In this document: in pieces, positions 34,831-46,322 of the stretch
Position numbering within the stretch: position 1 is the stretch's first letter
Layout: every line of letters begins with the position of its first letter
Assembly (NCBI GenBank): GCA_032718475.1
Contig: JAUCBJ010007242.1
Span: 100,229 to 164,228, forward strand
From: Nemertoderma westbladi
Lineage: Eukaryota > Animalia > Xenacoelomorpha
Direction: 5' to 3'
DNA length: 64,000 nt
The notes under the pieces: model-generated
Told to the model about the DNA's origin: nothing
Database searches by the model: none
The model's input: only the letters and a program-made list of their open reading frames with translations
Program-made: the position numbers and the translations under genes

Positions 34831-37800
34831 ATGGCAAAGTACGCAGTACCAGATTCATTGAATGTTAATTCTGAGGATATGGCATTAGAGTTTGCCGAAT
34901 GGCGAGAATCTTTCGAGTACTGGGCAGATGCAACAGAACTACGGTCCACAACTAATCCGGTAGCAAAACAAGTTGGAGCCTTAATGACTTCTATTGGTAA
35001 ATCTGCTCAACGAATTGCAAAACAAAACTTTATATACGATGAAAGAAGGCCACGTACTCTCGACAATATTCTGGCGGACTTCCAACGCCATTTTGCTCCA
35101 CAACGAAACCTACTCATTTGTAGGTACAAGTTTGGTATACGCCGCCAACAGTGTGGTGAAAGTATATCTGATTATTTTACTGGACTTAAAGAGATTGCCG
35201 GCCTTTGTGATCTGGCCAATGAAACACCTGAAACACGCCTACGAGATGCATTTATTTGCGGTATTAATAACGACAGGCTACAGCAACAATTGTTACAGCA
35301 ACCTGCGGATTCTACAGTTCAACATATCAGGGATGTTGCTGCAACTTTCGAGACTGCTACATCTGGCACTAAAACCCTGGGATCCACAAACAAGCCGGAA
35401 ATCGATTCTTCTGATGTACTCGCAGTACAAAATAGTAATAGACATTGGTATGGTGCAAGAATGCGTGAGCCCACAACCCAACGCCAATTCCAACGTAATT
35501 TTTCTTCTCCTGCTACAGGCGTACCACGTGAATTTGGCGTATGTCGTTTCTGCTGTGAATCACATCGGAAGGGTTCTTGTAAAGCATATGGTCGTTTTTG
35601 TTCAGCTTGTGGGGAACTTCACCATGTCCCTCGGTCAATGCTCTGTAAAGGTGGTCGACCACGGGGACCTTCCCGTTTTCCCAGCCAACAACGCCGCTCA
35701 ATTAGTAGCGTACGGCATATTGGTGATATTCAAGGAACAGCCGATAACATTGTTGATGAATGTTACAATACTATAGATGGTGGTAGTGACAAGTATACTG
35801 ATGCTTTTCAAAATGACAACCTAGCTGTCGATTTTGCTGATGAATATTACACAGGTAATGTTAATATAATTAATAATTTCGATGTATTTGATATACACTC
35901 GTGCGTTTTGAATTCTGAAAATTCCATAGACTGGCATGTTAACTTGAATGTGGCTGGTCCAAATACATCTTGCGATATTGTTTTTTTGATTGACACAGGG
36001 ACCCAGCATACAATTTTACCTAGTAAATTTATTGGGAAGCACCTAATAAAACCAACATATAAAAAGCAACTACGTGGATATATGTCTGAAGTGCCCTTAC
36101 CACTGTTAGGGATGGCTGACTTAAAGCTTAGTTTTAACAATACAGAAGCTGTAATACCAGTATTTATTGTCAACAATGCGCCTACACCCCTACTTGGTCG
36201 CACAGCTATTGAAGCTCTAGGTTTGGTTCATAAAAACTTTTTACGTCCCCATGGCCAGGTATTTCCAGAAGTGGTAGTTTCACATATTAAGAAATTAACA
36301 CCAATTCCCTTCACCAAACCCAAACCTCTTGCAGTCATGGTAACACCAGAATTGCATATTTCCTTAAAACCGGGTTATACACCGGTACAACAGCCTCCAC
36401 GCCGTGTACCGTTTGGAATCATTCCTGAGTTGAAAGATGAGATTAAAGAGATGATAGCTGTAGGAATTATTGAGGAGGTTGGCCCAAATGAACCCCCCAG
36501 CGAGTGGGTTAGCCCTGTTGTCATTGGTCGAAGGAAAAATGGTCGTATGCGCATTTGTCTCGATTTAAGAGAACTCAATAAGGCAGTTATTCGGAAACGA
36601 GTTCTAATGCCGACTCCAGAGGAACTATTTACACAGATTGAAGGAAGTAAGGTGTTCTCGAAATTAGACGCCAGGTCTGGTTTCCACCAAGTTAAGCTGG
36701 ATAGTTCTTCTAGTAAATTGACAACCTTTGTTCTCCCTTTTGGTATATACCGCTACCTACGTCTACCCTTTGGAGTTTCCTCAGCTCCAGAAGAATACCA
36801 TAATATTATGGTATCACACCTACGTGATATCAAACGAGCTATTGTTCTTGAGGATGATATTCTTGTTCATGGTCGCACTGAGAAAGAACATGATGAAATT
36901 TTAGATAAGGTATTACGGCGATGTAAAGAGGTAAATATAGAATTACAGCCTCCAAAATGCGAATTTAAGAAATATGAAATCACATATTTGGGTCATCTCC
37001 TTTCTGGTAATGGTATTCTACCAGACCCAACTAAGGTAGCAGCAATAAAGGACCTACCCACTCCAACAAACATTGCTGAAGTACGCCGATTTCTAGGGAT
37101 GGCTACCTATTTAGCGAAATTTCTTCCTAATTTTAGCAATTATACAGCCCCAATACGTGACTTACTCCGATCACATAATATCTTCCAGTGGTCAATGGCT
37201 TGTGAAGAATCATTTCAGAAACTGAAAGTTTTGCTCACTATGGCACCAGTATTAAAGTATTATAATGTATCACATGAAACTTACATACAGTGCGATGCAT
37301 CACCATTTGGACTTGGTGCCACATTACTACAACGGGAGACCCCCACAGCACTACTCCGCCCAGTTGCCTTTGCAAGCCGCACACTTTCACAAACAGAACA
37401 GCGATATGCCCAAATTGAGAAAGAAACCCTTGCCATTGTATTTGGTGTGAGTAAATTTCGCCAATATTTAACTGGCCTGAAATTTACAGTATTATCTGAC
37501 CATAAACCATTGAAATCAATATTCTCAAAGAGCCTTGACCAATGTCCAGCCAGAATAGTTCGATTTCTCATTGCGCTACAACCCTTTAGCTTTACAGTCG
37601 AATTCATCCCTGGAAAGAACAATATCATCGCTGATACTTTATCTCGGGCACCATTATGTAATGAAAGCCTCCCGACTTCTCCCAACCTTTCCTCTGGAAA
37701 TTCTGAAGACATATTTGTTAATGTTATTTTAGATTCACGTCTCATATCCATTGATGAGATTGCTACAGAGAGTTTATGTTGTCCAGAAGTTGCTCATCTT

Positions 37801-39171
37801 ATAAAATTGATCCAGAGTGGAAATTGGTCAATTGTCCCCGATTCATGCAAACCATATCAATCTCAAAGATCGGAAATGTCAATCATCTATACAGACCTAG
37901 ATCAACCAGTTGTATGTCGCAATTCACAAATAGTAATTCCCATATCATTTAGACCCAATGTTCTAAAGCTGGCACATGAAGGCCATCCAGGATATACTAA
38001 AATGTTACAACTTTTACATGGGACTGTTTGGTGGCCAGGTATGACCAAAGCTGCGTACCATTTTGTCCGAAACTGCCATGCATGTAAACTAGCCAGTGAC
38101 CCACCACCTCCACAACCTATGCATCAATCGCCAATATTTGGAATCTGGGATCGACTAGCCATTGATTGTGCCACAATCAATAGCAATAAGTGTCTTACAC
38201 TAATCGATTATGGGTCTCGATATGTGGATGCAATTCCTTTAAATACTTCAAACTCATCTAGCATTATAGCTGAATTGAGTCTCATTTTTGCACATTTTGG
38301 ACTCCCAAAGTCTATTGTCTCAGACAATGAGCCTATTTTTCGTTCAGATGTCTTCATTAACTTCCTCAAGAAACTTGGAATTTCTTTAATACGAGTTTCT
38401 GCATGTTATGCACAGTCAAATGGAATGATTGAGAGGCCGCATCGCGTAATTAAGAAGATGATGAGGGCTTCTTCAACTGGTAATAGTCAACCCTTCAAAC
38501 TGCAACTAGCAACAGTTCTCCTAACTCTGCGTTCCACACGCCACAGAACTACGGGTGAAATACCTTCAGAAGTCCTTTATTCATACCTTGGAAACCATTT
38601 ACAAGCTCGCCTTCCACGTATTCCAGCACCTATATCCCAACCTGATGAAAAATACCTCTATAACAGGGCCAAAATCGAGTCCAATTATAATAAATGCCAT
38701 AAAGTTGCTCCTCTAGACCCACTCCACCTTGGAGATCGAGTTATGATCAAGAATACTACACGGCCGGGCTATTCGTATCTTGGGCATCAGGTCAGTGATA
38801 TCCGGGGTGATAAAGTCATTCTGCAACCACCTACTGGAAATAGACTGATATCTCGTAATCGACGTGCTCTAAATGTTGTTAATCCAGAACATCAAGATAA
38901 TTTCCTCAATGATGATAGTGATACTGGCCCACTTAGTTTGCCAACCCAACCACTAGATAATGATGTTGGCCTTCATAGTTCACTGACTCAAACACCTAAC
39001 AAAACATCTGTGCAAACGGAGTATGTTCTAGATCACCCACACCCTGTTACACAACCTGGATCTCAAACACATGAGCCTGCTCCAATTGTTCAAATCCCAT
39101 TACCTGAACCACCCAATTCTAGGCGATATCCAGTGAGAGACCGCAAGCCACCCCAGTATTATGGTGTATAA
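34831..39171 (+). CDS. Gypsy gag-pol polyprotein (gag, protease, RT, RNase H, integrase), 1446 aa
   Basis: RLRDAFICG, Cys/His knuckles, IDTG, CLDLRELN, LDARSGFHQ, LPFG, LEDD, CDAS, EKE, DHKPL, ADTLSR, HEGH..CHAC, D-D-E. The ATG is at 34831; the track's TTG start lies within the inserted TIR. Confidence 0.95.
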   Translation: MAKYAVPDSLNVNSEDMALEFAEWRESFEYWADATELRSTTNPVAKQVGALMTSIGKSAQRIAKQNFIYDERRPRTLDNILADFQRHFAPQRNLLICRYKFGIRRQQCGESISDYFTGLKEIAGLCDLANETPETRLRDAFICGINNDRLQQQLLQQPADSTVQHIRDVAATFETATSGTKTLGSTNKPEIDSSDVLAVQNSNRHWYGARMREPTTQRQFQRNFSSPATGVPREFGVCRFCCESHRKGSCKAYGRFCSACGELHHVPRSMLCKGGRPRGPSRFPSQQRRSISSVRHIGDIQGTADNIVDECYNTIDGGSDKYTDAFQNDNLAVDFADEYYTGNVNIINNFDVFDIHSCVLNSENSIDWHVNLNVAGPNTSCDIVFLIDTGTQHTILPSKFIGKHLIKPTYKKQLRGYMSEVPLPLLGMADLKLSFNNTEAVIPVFIVNNAPTPLLGRTAIEALGLVHKNFLRPHGQVFPEVVVSHIKKLTPIPFTKPKPLAVMVTPELHISLKPGYTPVQQPPRRVPFGIIPELKDEIKEMIAVGIIEEVGPNEPPSEWVSPVVIGRRKNGRMRICLDLRELNKAVIRKRVLMPTPEELFTQIEGSKVFSKLDARSGFHQVKLDSSSSKLTTFVLPFGIYRYLRLPFGVSSAPEEYHNIMVSHLRDIKRAIVLEDDILVHGRTEKEHDEILDKVLRRCKEVNIELQPPKCEFKKYEITYLGHLLSGNGILPDPTKVAAIKDLPTPTNIAEVRRFLGMATYLAKFLPNFSNYTAPIRDLLRSHNIFQWSMACEESFQKLKVLLTMAPVLKYYNVSHETYIQCDASPFGLGATLLQRETPTALLRPVAFASRTLSQTEQRYAQIEKETLAIVFGVSKFRQYLTGLKFTVLSDHKPLKSIFSKSLDQCPARIVRFLIALQPFSFTVEFIPGKNNIIADTLSRAPLCNESLPTSPNLSSGNSEDIFVNVILDSRLISIDEIATESLCCPEVAHLIKLIQSGNWSIVPDSCKPYQSQRSEMSIIYTDLDQPVVCRNSQIVIPISFRPNVLKLAHEGHPGYTKMLQLLHGTVWWPGMTKAAYHFVRNCHACKLASDPPPPQPMHQSPIFGIWDRLAIDCATINSNKCLTLIDYGSRYVDAIPLNTSNSSSIIAELSLIFAHFGLPKSIVSDNEPIFRSDVFINFLKKLGISLIRVSACYAQSNGMIERPHRVIKKMMRASSTGNSQPFKLQLATVLLTLRSTRHRTTGEIPSEVLYSYLGNHLQARLPRIPAPISQPDEKYLYNRAKIESNYNKCHKVAPLDPLHLGDRVMIKNTTRPGYSYLGHQVSDIRGDKVILQPPTGNRLISRNRRALNVVNPEHQDNFLNDDSDTGPLSLPTQPLDNDVGLHSSLTQTPNKTSVQTEYVLDHPHPVTQPGSQTHEPAPIVQIPLPEPPNSRRYPVRDRKPPQYYGV

Positions 39172-39760
39172 ACTATTGAATGTAATTGTGACCTATTATA
39201 ATTTAGGATTATTATATTAAAACAAACTCATATATTGACTTAGACAGGAAAGAATGGTGGAGGGCTTATTATTATTTTATTTGGATTTTATTGTAGAGAA
39301 GTAGTGTGGTATACTACACCTAGGGGACTGGCCTAGGTGTAGGAGACCGGTACAGATATACAGATTATATAGGATATATGCTGATACTACAAAAACTCAT
39401 TCGGGACCCTTTTGCTTAAGGAGTCAAATTTGTAGAATAAATTCCCGAAGTTTGCGACGTTTGCGAAATTCGCGACGTTTGCGAAATTCGCGAAGAATCC
39501 GTCAGTGTCTGTGCCCTAATGGGTTCGTGCCAAAACAATCAAATCTTACACACTTAACACACACGAACTAATTTAATGTGTGTATTAGTATGCCTGAATA
39601 ATTAAATAGAAATTGAATTAATGGACGCTATTTCATCATGAAATCTACGGAATTAATACACAACACACGTCACTACTGAATTTAAAAATCTATATACTGT
39701 AGATTGCAATTCATATTTGGCTACCTTTTAATGTGACTAATTGAATTATTCACCCCTATA

Positions 39761-40667
39761 CACCACGTCCCAGAATATAGTGTCATAATTCAGTGACACG
39801 CCCCCCCCCCCCCCCTAATTTTTTTACAAATCGTAATGAGATTGCATGAAATTAGAAACAGAGATAGTTTCACCTCCCGACCACTGACTGGGTGAGCCAG
39901 AATTTTTATTTTTGCTTTCAATCTTTGGCTATACATGCGTTTAAAAAAGTGTCTCCAGCGATATTACACCAGTTACACCGCATTTATTCTTCAATCTTAT
40001 AGTGATTTGTTGGTACTGATAGAAAGCTGACCGCGCAAGGATTCCAAATATGTAACACAATTTGAATTGCGTTGAAAAATAGCGGAGATATGGGCGTTCA
40101 AATTTTGCATGGTTTTGCACCGGCGGAGGTTATTTTATTCTATTTAATAAATACTGTACATCATAATCTGGAATATTTTGTTCATCCAAATACGTAGCTG
40201 GGCAACAATGCATTACATCTTTAATCATACTATTATGTAGCTATTCATACATTTAAAAAATGTTCCAGAATATGGTATATTTATTAAATAGAATAAAATA
40301 GCCTCGCGCCGGTGCAAAACCATGCAACATTTGAACGCTCATATCTCAGCTATTTTTCAACGAAATTCAAATTGTGTTACATATTTGGAATCCTTGCATG
40401 ACCAGCTTTCAATTGGTACCAACAAACAGCTATAAGGTAGAAGAATAACTGCGGTGTAACTGGTGTAATATCGCTGGAGACACTTTTTTAAACGCATGTA
40501 GCTAAAGATTGAAAGCAAAAATAAAAATTCTGGCTCACCCAGTCAGTGGTCGGGAGGTGAAACTATCTCTGTTTCAAATTTCATGCAATCTCGTTACGAT
40601 TTGTAGAAAAATTAGGGGGGGGGGGTGGGTGTCACTGAATTACGACACTATATTCTGGGACATGGTG
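39761..40667. mobile_element. Palindromic Tc1/mariner-type MITE
   Basis: ~400-bp inverted arms CACCACGTCCCAGAATATAGTGTC... / ...GACACTATATTCTGGGACATGGTG with TA flanks. Confidence 0.9.
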
Positions 40668-40679
40668 TAAGTAGTAGGG

Positions 40680-40975
40680 TCTTGGTCCTCTCGGCGACAC
40701 TTGGACCCCACTGACACCCATTGGGTGTCATATGACACCCAATTATCACCCTATGGGTGTCATTGGCGCCAGACTGTCTGGGTGACACCTCCCAATTAGG
40801 CTAATTAGACCCTATTTGAAAGGTGTCATCAATTAATTACTACAATTAAACCCTAACAGGTGTCATATGACTCCTAATTAGGGTTTAATTGATTATCCTA
40901 ATTAATCAGACTGATTAGCGCCCTGACACACAATGGGCATCAGTGTTGTCCAAGTGTCGCCGAGAGGAGCAAGAG
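40680..40975. mobile_element. Small inverted-repeat element with TGACACC/GGTGTCA motifs
   Basis: TCTTGGTCCTCTCGGCGACACTTGGAC / GTCCAAGTGTCGCCGAGAGGAGCAAGA. Exact ends unclear. Confidence 0.6.
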
Positions 40976-41143
40976 GGTGTCATAAGTGACACCGCAGCTC
41001 TTTTATTCTTTAATACTTATTTATTTATATTTAATTTTAATTAATTAACTATATTTTATTTACCTTTATTTATTCATATTTAATTTTAAATTAATTATTC
41101 ATTTGTACTTTATTTTAACTTTATTTTAATTTTGTACTTTACT

Positions 41144-41318
41144 TTGTTTTGGCAAGTATGTAAATATGCCTTGCCTGTTTTGGCAAGTTTGTAAATATGC
41201 CTTGCTTGTTTTGGCAAGTATATAAATATAACTTGCCTGTTTTGACAAGTATATAAATACACCTTGCCTGTTTTGGCAAGTACAGTATATAAATATGCAT
41301 TGCCTGTTCTGGTAAGTA
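41144..41318. repeat. ~30-bp tandem repeat, ~6 copies
   Basis: TTGCCTGTTTTGGCAAGT..TAAATA recurs. Confidence 0.8.
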
Positions 41319-41687
41319 TTTGAATTTGATAGAGTATAATATTATAAATATGATGGAAACTTCCTGTAAGTTTCACGTGTAAGACAAATGTTGAATAAAT
41401 TATAAAACAAAATATTATTTTATGGCTTTTTCCCTGGAGCAAAGAGTAGTGACGCAGGAGGAGCAAACGAAATGTAATATGTCCTCTACTTAAAGTAATT
41501 GAATTGCCGTACTACTGTACTGTAACGAGAATTTCAAAGAGATTTTTGAGTCAAATTTTAATAATATCTCGAAACAGGAAATGTCTACAGTATAAGGTAG
41601 GCCTACATCCTAAATTTGCATAGAGGATGAAACAAGCAGGAAACGAACTGTATCAACAAATCAGGTTGATAATATAACAAGTATTTT

Positions 41688-41935
41688 CAAGTCATGTCAA
41701 GTTTGTCAAGTCAAGTTTGTCAAGTCAAGTGATGTCAAGCCAGTATGTCAAGTCGTATGGCGCCAAGTCAAACTACTATCAAGGCACGTGATGTCAATCA
41801 AGGCATTAATTGTGAAGTGATGTCAAGTCGAATGATGTCATGTCAAGTGTTGTCAAGTTAAGTGACATAAAACCAAGTGATATAAAGTCAAATAATTTCA
41901 ATTGATATAAAGTGTTGTAAAGTCAAGTGATGTCA
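41688..41935. repeat. Degenerate GTCAA/GTGAT pentamer-based repeat
   Basis: Directly visible. Confidence 0.75.
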
Positions 41936-42239
41936 TATATCATGATAAATGGCCATGATGTCTATCACGGTTTTCTAATTATTGAAATGGCTTCCGTCAA
42001 TTCGTTTCACCCACTGTGGCATCGTACCCATCTTGTGAAATTCCACCATAAGAGGCAGGCAAAGAATCGCAAGTTTTCTTTGTTTTAGCTTTTCCAAGGC
42101 TCGTCATTGTTAAAATTGATTTCTAATATTAAGGTGACCATTATCTGATACTCATGATTCTGTATATAAAACAAGATTTTTCTCAATTTCTCAATTTTGA
42201 CATTTTCCACTGTCAATTTTTTTATTTTTGTCCAAAATC

Positions 42240-42356
42240 TTAACACAGTGAACCCGGCGTAGCATTCTTGTGAATGTACCATTTAGAGATTTGGTGTCCT
42301 GAGCAGTTAGAGCCAAGCATGGACTCTCACAGACGAGTACTGGAACTTCTGCTGCT
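42240..42356 (-). pseudogene. RTE-clade LINE fragment (3' part)
   Basis: Minus-strand translation AAEVPVLVCESPCLALTAQDTKSLNGTFTRMLRRV continues the fragment at 57735-57930. Confidence 0.7.
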
Positions 42357-44439
42357 GGGCATTATTGAAAAGGTGTAACATTTTTCACTTCAAAAAAATG
42401 TTTCAATTTTCCGATTTTTTTTGTGCTATTGTGTAAAGCATATATTAAATCACATATTTTGTTGCGTTTAAACTAACGTTATTGGATCCTTCAATAAATT
42501 TGAAAAACTTTAAAAATGTGTCGTGCAACATGCCGCAAAAAAAATTTTAAGAAGTGCAAATTAACTTCCATTAAAATGCTTAATAATCGTCCTTTTTGTG
42601 TGCGGTTTTTTTGAAACCCCATGTTTTGAGTGGTAAGGAATCGATCTGCACTATCCATTCCTTGTGTATCCCGTTTGAAATAGGAGTTCTAGCACCCCCT
42701 GTTCGATTCTGTGCGTTACTTTCCGTGCGTTACTTTTTTTGTACAAAAGTTTATTTTTTTGATTCTTCCAATTGGATTAGTGACTTCAAACTTTTAAAAG
42801 TTCGGGTTTTGAGCATTTTGATCCCTCCCTATTTGTAAAAGCTTTTGTGGGATAACTGATACGTTTGCCTTTGCTGGCCAGTTCTCCCCCAGGCGCTGGA
42901 ATACTCTAAAAAGGTTTTCTAACTGTATATATATTCCCCTCGCCCGCAAGGTACCTTTACAGGTGTTTTAACGGACATAAAAATCATTCTGCTATATACG
43001 TGTTTTGGCGGACATGGTAAGGCAAAAACTTGTAATGCACCAACTACCTTTCACAGCTTAGCCGTGATGATTCATATTACGACATCTAGCAGCTGGTTGC
43101 TGACATGGAAACAGCCATTGGACGCGTGGTTCTTTGTTTGGCTTGGGCCAATCAGGGCGGTTTTTCCTGTCGACGTGTAGCTTTTTAGTCGATCATAAGG
43201 AGAGTGTTCTGTCTTACTGTTTTTTCTTGATACTTTGTTGTTATTGCTGTCTAAGCCAGAAACACCGGCATTTTGGGAAGAACTCTAGTAAACTGCTTGA
43301 ATTATCGAAAGTATAAACTGTTACCTCAATAAATCACTAATTAACATGCTCACTTAATTTAATTGCATTAATCATATTGTTTGTACTGTTATTTTACCGT
43401 CAGTTATTAATTGTACCTATTTGTTGATGGAAATATTGCTATTTGGATAATACGGATAAATCACCCAATTCCCAATTTTCTTGATAACACTACAGGTTAG
43501 AGAGACCGGCTATACATAACAATTGCGATTTATATTAATGTGGTGTGTATTGAATCCAATGTTATTTAGCAGACCCTACGTGAGTCAATTACTGCTCTCT
43601 TTATGTGTGATCAAATGTACTGACTGTCGGCAGAATAGTGTGTATGATCGTGATTGGTAACAAAGTATTTCCTAAAGAATACGCTTTATACTTTAATCAT
43701 AAGCAGTATCGTTGCGTTTTAGTATAAGTCTTAGTTCTGTTTAAATAGATAAAGCGCCACGTCCTAAAGGAACTGTTAATATTTCCCGAAAGCCAATAAT
43801 ATCTGTCAGAGATTAATTATTAACGATCTATCGAATAATACATTAGGTATACACTGCAACCTTACACTGTAATAATACAATTCAAGCATCCGAATTCAGT
43901 CTCCCGGGTGTAGATCCATCGGGTGAATGATCGCGCATGGGCTGACTTCGGCTAATGTTTTGCGTATTAGCATAAATTATTGTCGTATGCTAAAGTGGTT
44001 TTAATTAACTAGAAGACATATAAATTTTGGCAGGTTAAACTGCTAAAGGTCTTCAAAAGCGCGAACAGTAACAGTTTATAGTCTTATTGCAGTAAGCAAT
44101 AAGGTTGCAAGTGTAGGCATTAAATACAGTAAAATACTGTTCTGTCGAACAGTAACAGTTTACAATCTTATTGCAGTAGGCAATAAGGTTGCAAAATACC
44201 GTAGTGACTGGTAAAGCTGAACCGGTACTTTGTAGATCAGTAGGCCTAACTGTCATCACCGGTACCGGTACTGCTGTACAAGTACATTTAGTATTATTCG
44301 ATTTTGATTATTGTATACCGGTAGGCTGTTTAAGAGATTAGGGACTGTACACCCCTTGTTTCTTTTGGAGCTTACTTATTTCTGTCAGTTTTATTTCCTA
44401 GTAAGTTAATATTGAGCTGAAGACGTGTAAGTCTGCTCA

Positions 44440-45020
44440 GATTGTTCAGATAATTGTAGGCTGAGCTGCTGTCTGACTGTGGTTGGGTTTGGAGAGATTA
44501 CGGCGTGTGTAGAGTTTGTCTGATAAAGTGCCGTTAGTAAGTTGGGGCAGTCATAACTGTAAGGTCAATCCCCTCTTAAAGAGTAAGTCGTACTACCGTG
44601 TTAGCACGCATACTAACTAACAGTTTCAGAGTCTGCATATACTGTAGTTTATTTAGGCTTGATCGTAGTCTGCCAGTGTTTTAGCCTGTGTTTGTTTGTG
44701 TGGTCTGTTCAGGTACCGTAATAGTTATTACTCAAATATTTGTAGGCTGGATTGTTGTCTAGCTATTTTTGGGTCTGAAGGGATTGCTGCGTGTGTAGAG
44801 TTGGTCTGATCAAGTGCCGTTAGTAAGTTGGGGCAGTCATAACTGTAAGGTCAATCCCCTCTTAAAGAGTAAGTCGTACTACCGTGTTAGCACGCATACT
44901 AACTAACAGTTTCAGAATCTGCACATACAGTAGTTTGTTTAGGCTTAATAGTAGTCTGCCAGCGTTTGGTTTGTATTTGTTTGAGTATTCTGTACGGGTA
45001 GCGTAATATTTATTATTCAG
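44440..45020 (+). repeat. ~286-bp tandem duplication in the BEL leader
   Basis: AAGTGCCGTTAGTAAGTTGGGGCAGTC...CAGTTTCAGA at ~44526 and ~44812. Confidence 0.85.
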
Positions 45021-46322
45021 AGTTTATGCGATTATTCGCAACATTCATGTCCCCAAGTTTATTCCTACAGTAATTGTGCTTGTTATACATACCGTTATAG
45101 TTAAACTAACCCCGGTACTACATCAGGGCTGCTTGGCGTAGGTAAAGACTGACGACTTTGTGCTTCGGTCACTCCAGCAGATGCCGTGGTTCTTTTAACT
45201 GTTCAAGTATATTTAACTACTGATTATTTGTTATACCGGTACTTGTACCTAATTTAGGGTTTAGTGTACAGTGCTTCCGAAGTAATTAGTGTAGGCAGTA
45301 TATTTGTGTTGTAAAGTGGTTGATAGGCACATTCGTTAGCTCTATTAGCTTCTGGGTAGGAACAATCCGTGATACATAACGTAGTACCTATAGCGATACG
45401 GTTATAGGTCGTCAGGCGGTGGTATTTTCCTATCTGGACAGTACAATATATTTACTACTACTTATTATTTAAATACCGTAGTACCCTGTCCTTTGTAATA
45501 GCCAGAAATCTAACCCTTTGTTGGACTGGTTTGTAGACTTCCTGTAAAATTACCCTAAAAATTTCGTACGTAATATTTTGTTGTGTGTAATTAGAGAATT
45601 GATCTCACCCGTATCGTAAGTAATTTGTAGTATTAAGTAACTTAGGTAAATTAGAATTATCAGTTTTAGTGTCAAATAAATAACACTTCACTGAGAGCGC
45701 TCAGCTTCTGTGTAGTGACTTCCCCAGAAATAATAACATTTATTTCAAGTATTGTAAAAACCCTTTTTAAACGGGTATATATCTATTATAAATCAACTCA
45801 AACGATTTATAAATAGTAGGCCTGCCATACAACAACTAGGTCTCACTGTCAGTTGGACTACTGCTTAAATAACGGTAATAAAGTAAGTTAAAGTAACGAA
45901 GTAACCCCAAAATATTCAGAAATTCAATTATTCTAAAAATAATTGACATACCGGTACTTACCATAGGCTTATTATATTTATTTCTATAAATTTGAGCTGA
46001 AATCATACCGGTACTCTGTAATTAATTCTAGTCCAGAATTATACTTATATACTATAAGTGTAAGCTGTATACCGGTATTCACTATAGGCCTACTATATAT
46101 ATATATATTTGTGCTAAAATTATACCGGTACTCTGTGACACATCTAGTCTGTAATAACACTTATATATTATAAGCATACCGGTATTCTAATATATTGTGT
46201 ATATATCACGTTACACTGGGTAACGGTACCGGTAATAAATCGCTAGGCTTGCGGTCATACTGAATTACCAGACTTGCTTTAACTGAAACTATAGTGGTAG
46301 GCATTCAACTGTATAACTAAAC

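Larger units (their letters stand above)
30242..39391 (+). mobile_element. Full-length Ty3/Gypsy LTR retrotransposon
   Basis: Identical 87-bp TG..CA LTRs at 30242-30328 and 39305-39391. TSD AAAAC. PBS-like TGGCGCAGTG at 30330. Purine tract before the 3' LTR. Confidence 0.95.
29775..39521. mobile_element. P/hAT-like MITE (~0.6 kb) split by the Gypsy insertion
   Basis: TIRs GAGTAGGGCACAGAAACTGACGGATTCTTCGCGAATTT / AAATTCGCGAAGAATCCGTCAGTGTCTGTGCCCTAATG. 8-bp TSD GGTTCGTG at 29767-29774 and 39522-39529. Confidence 0.8.

Noticed and set aside
34994-35776. 260-aa ORF overlapping gag in another frame
   Set aside because: No recognisable motifs and a non-ATG start; treated as a shadow ORF.
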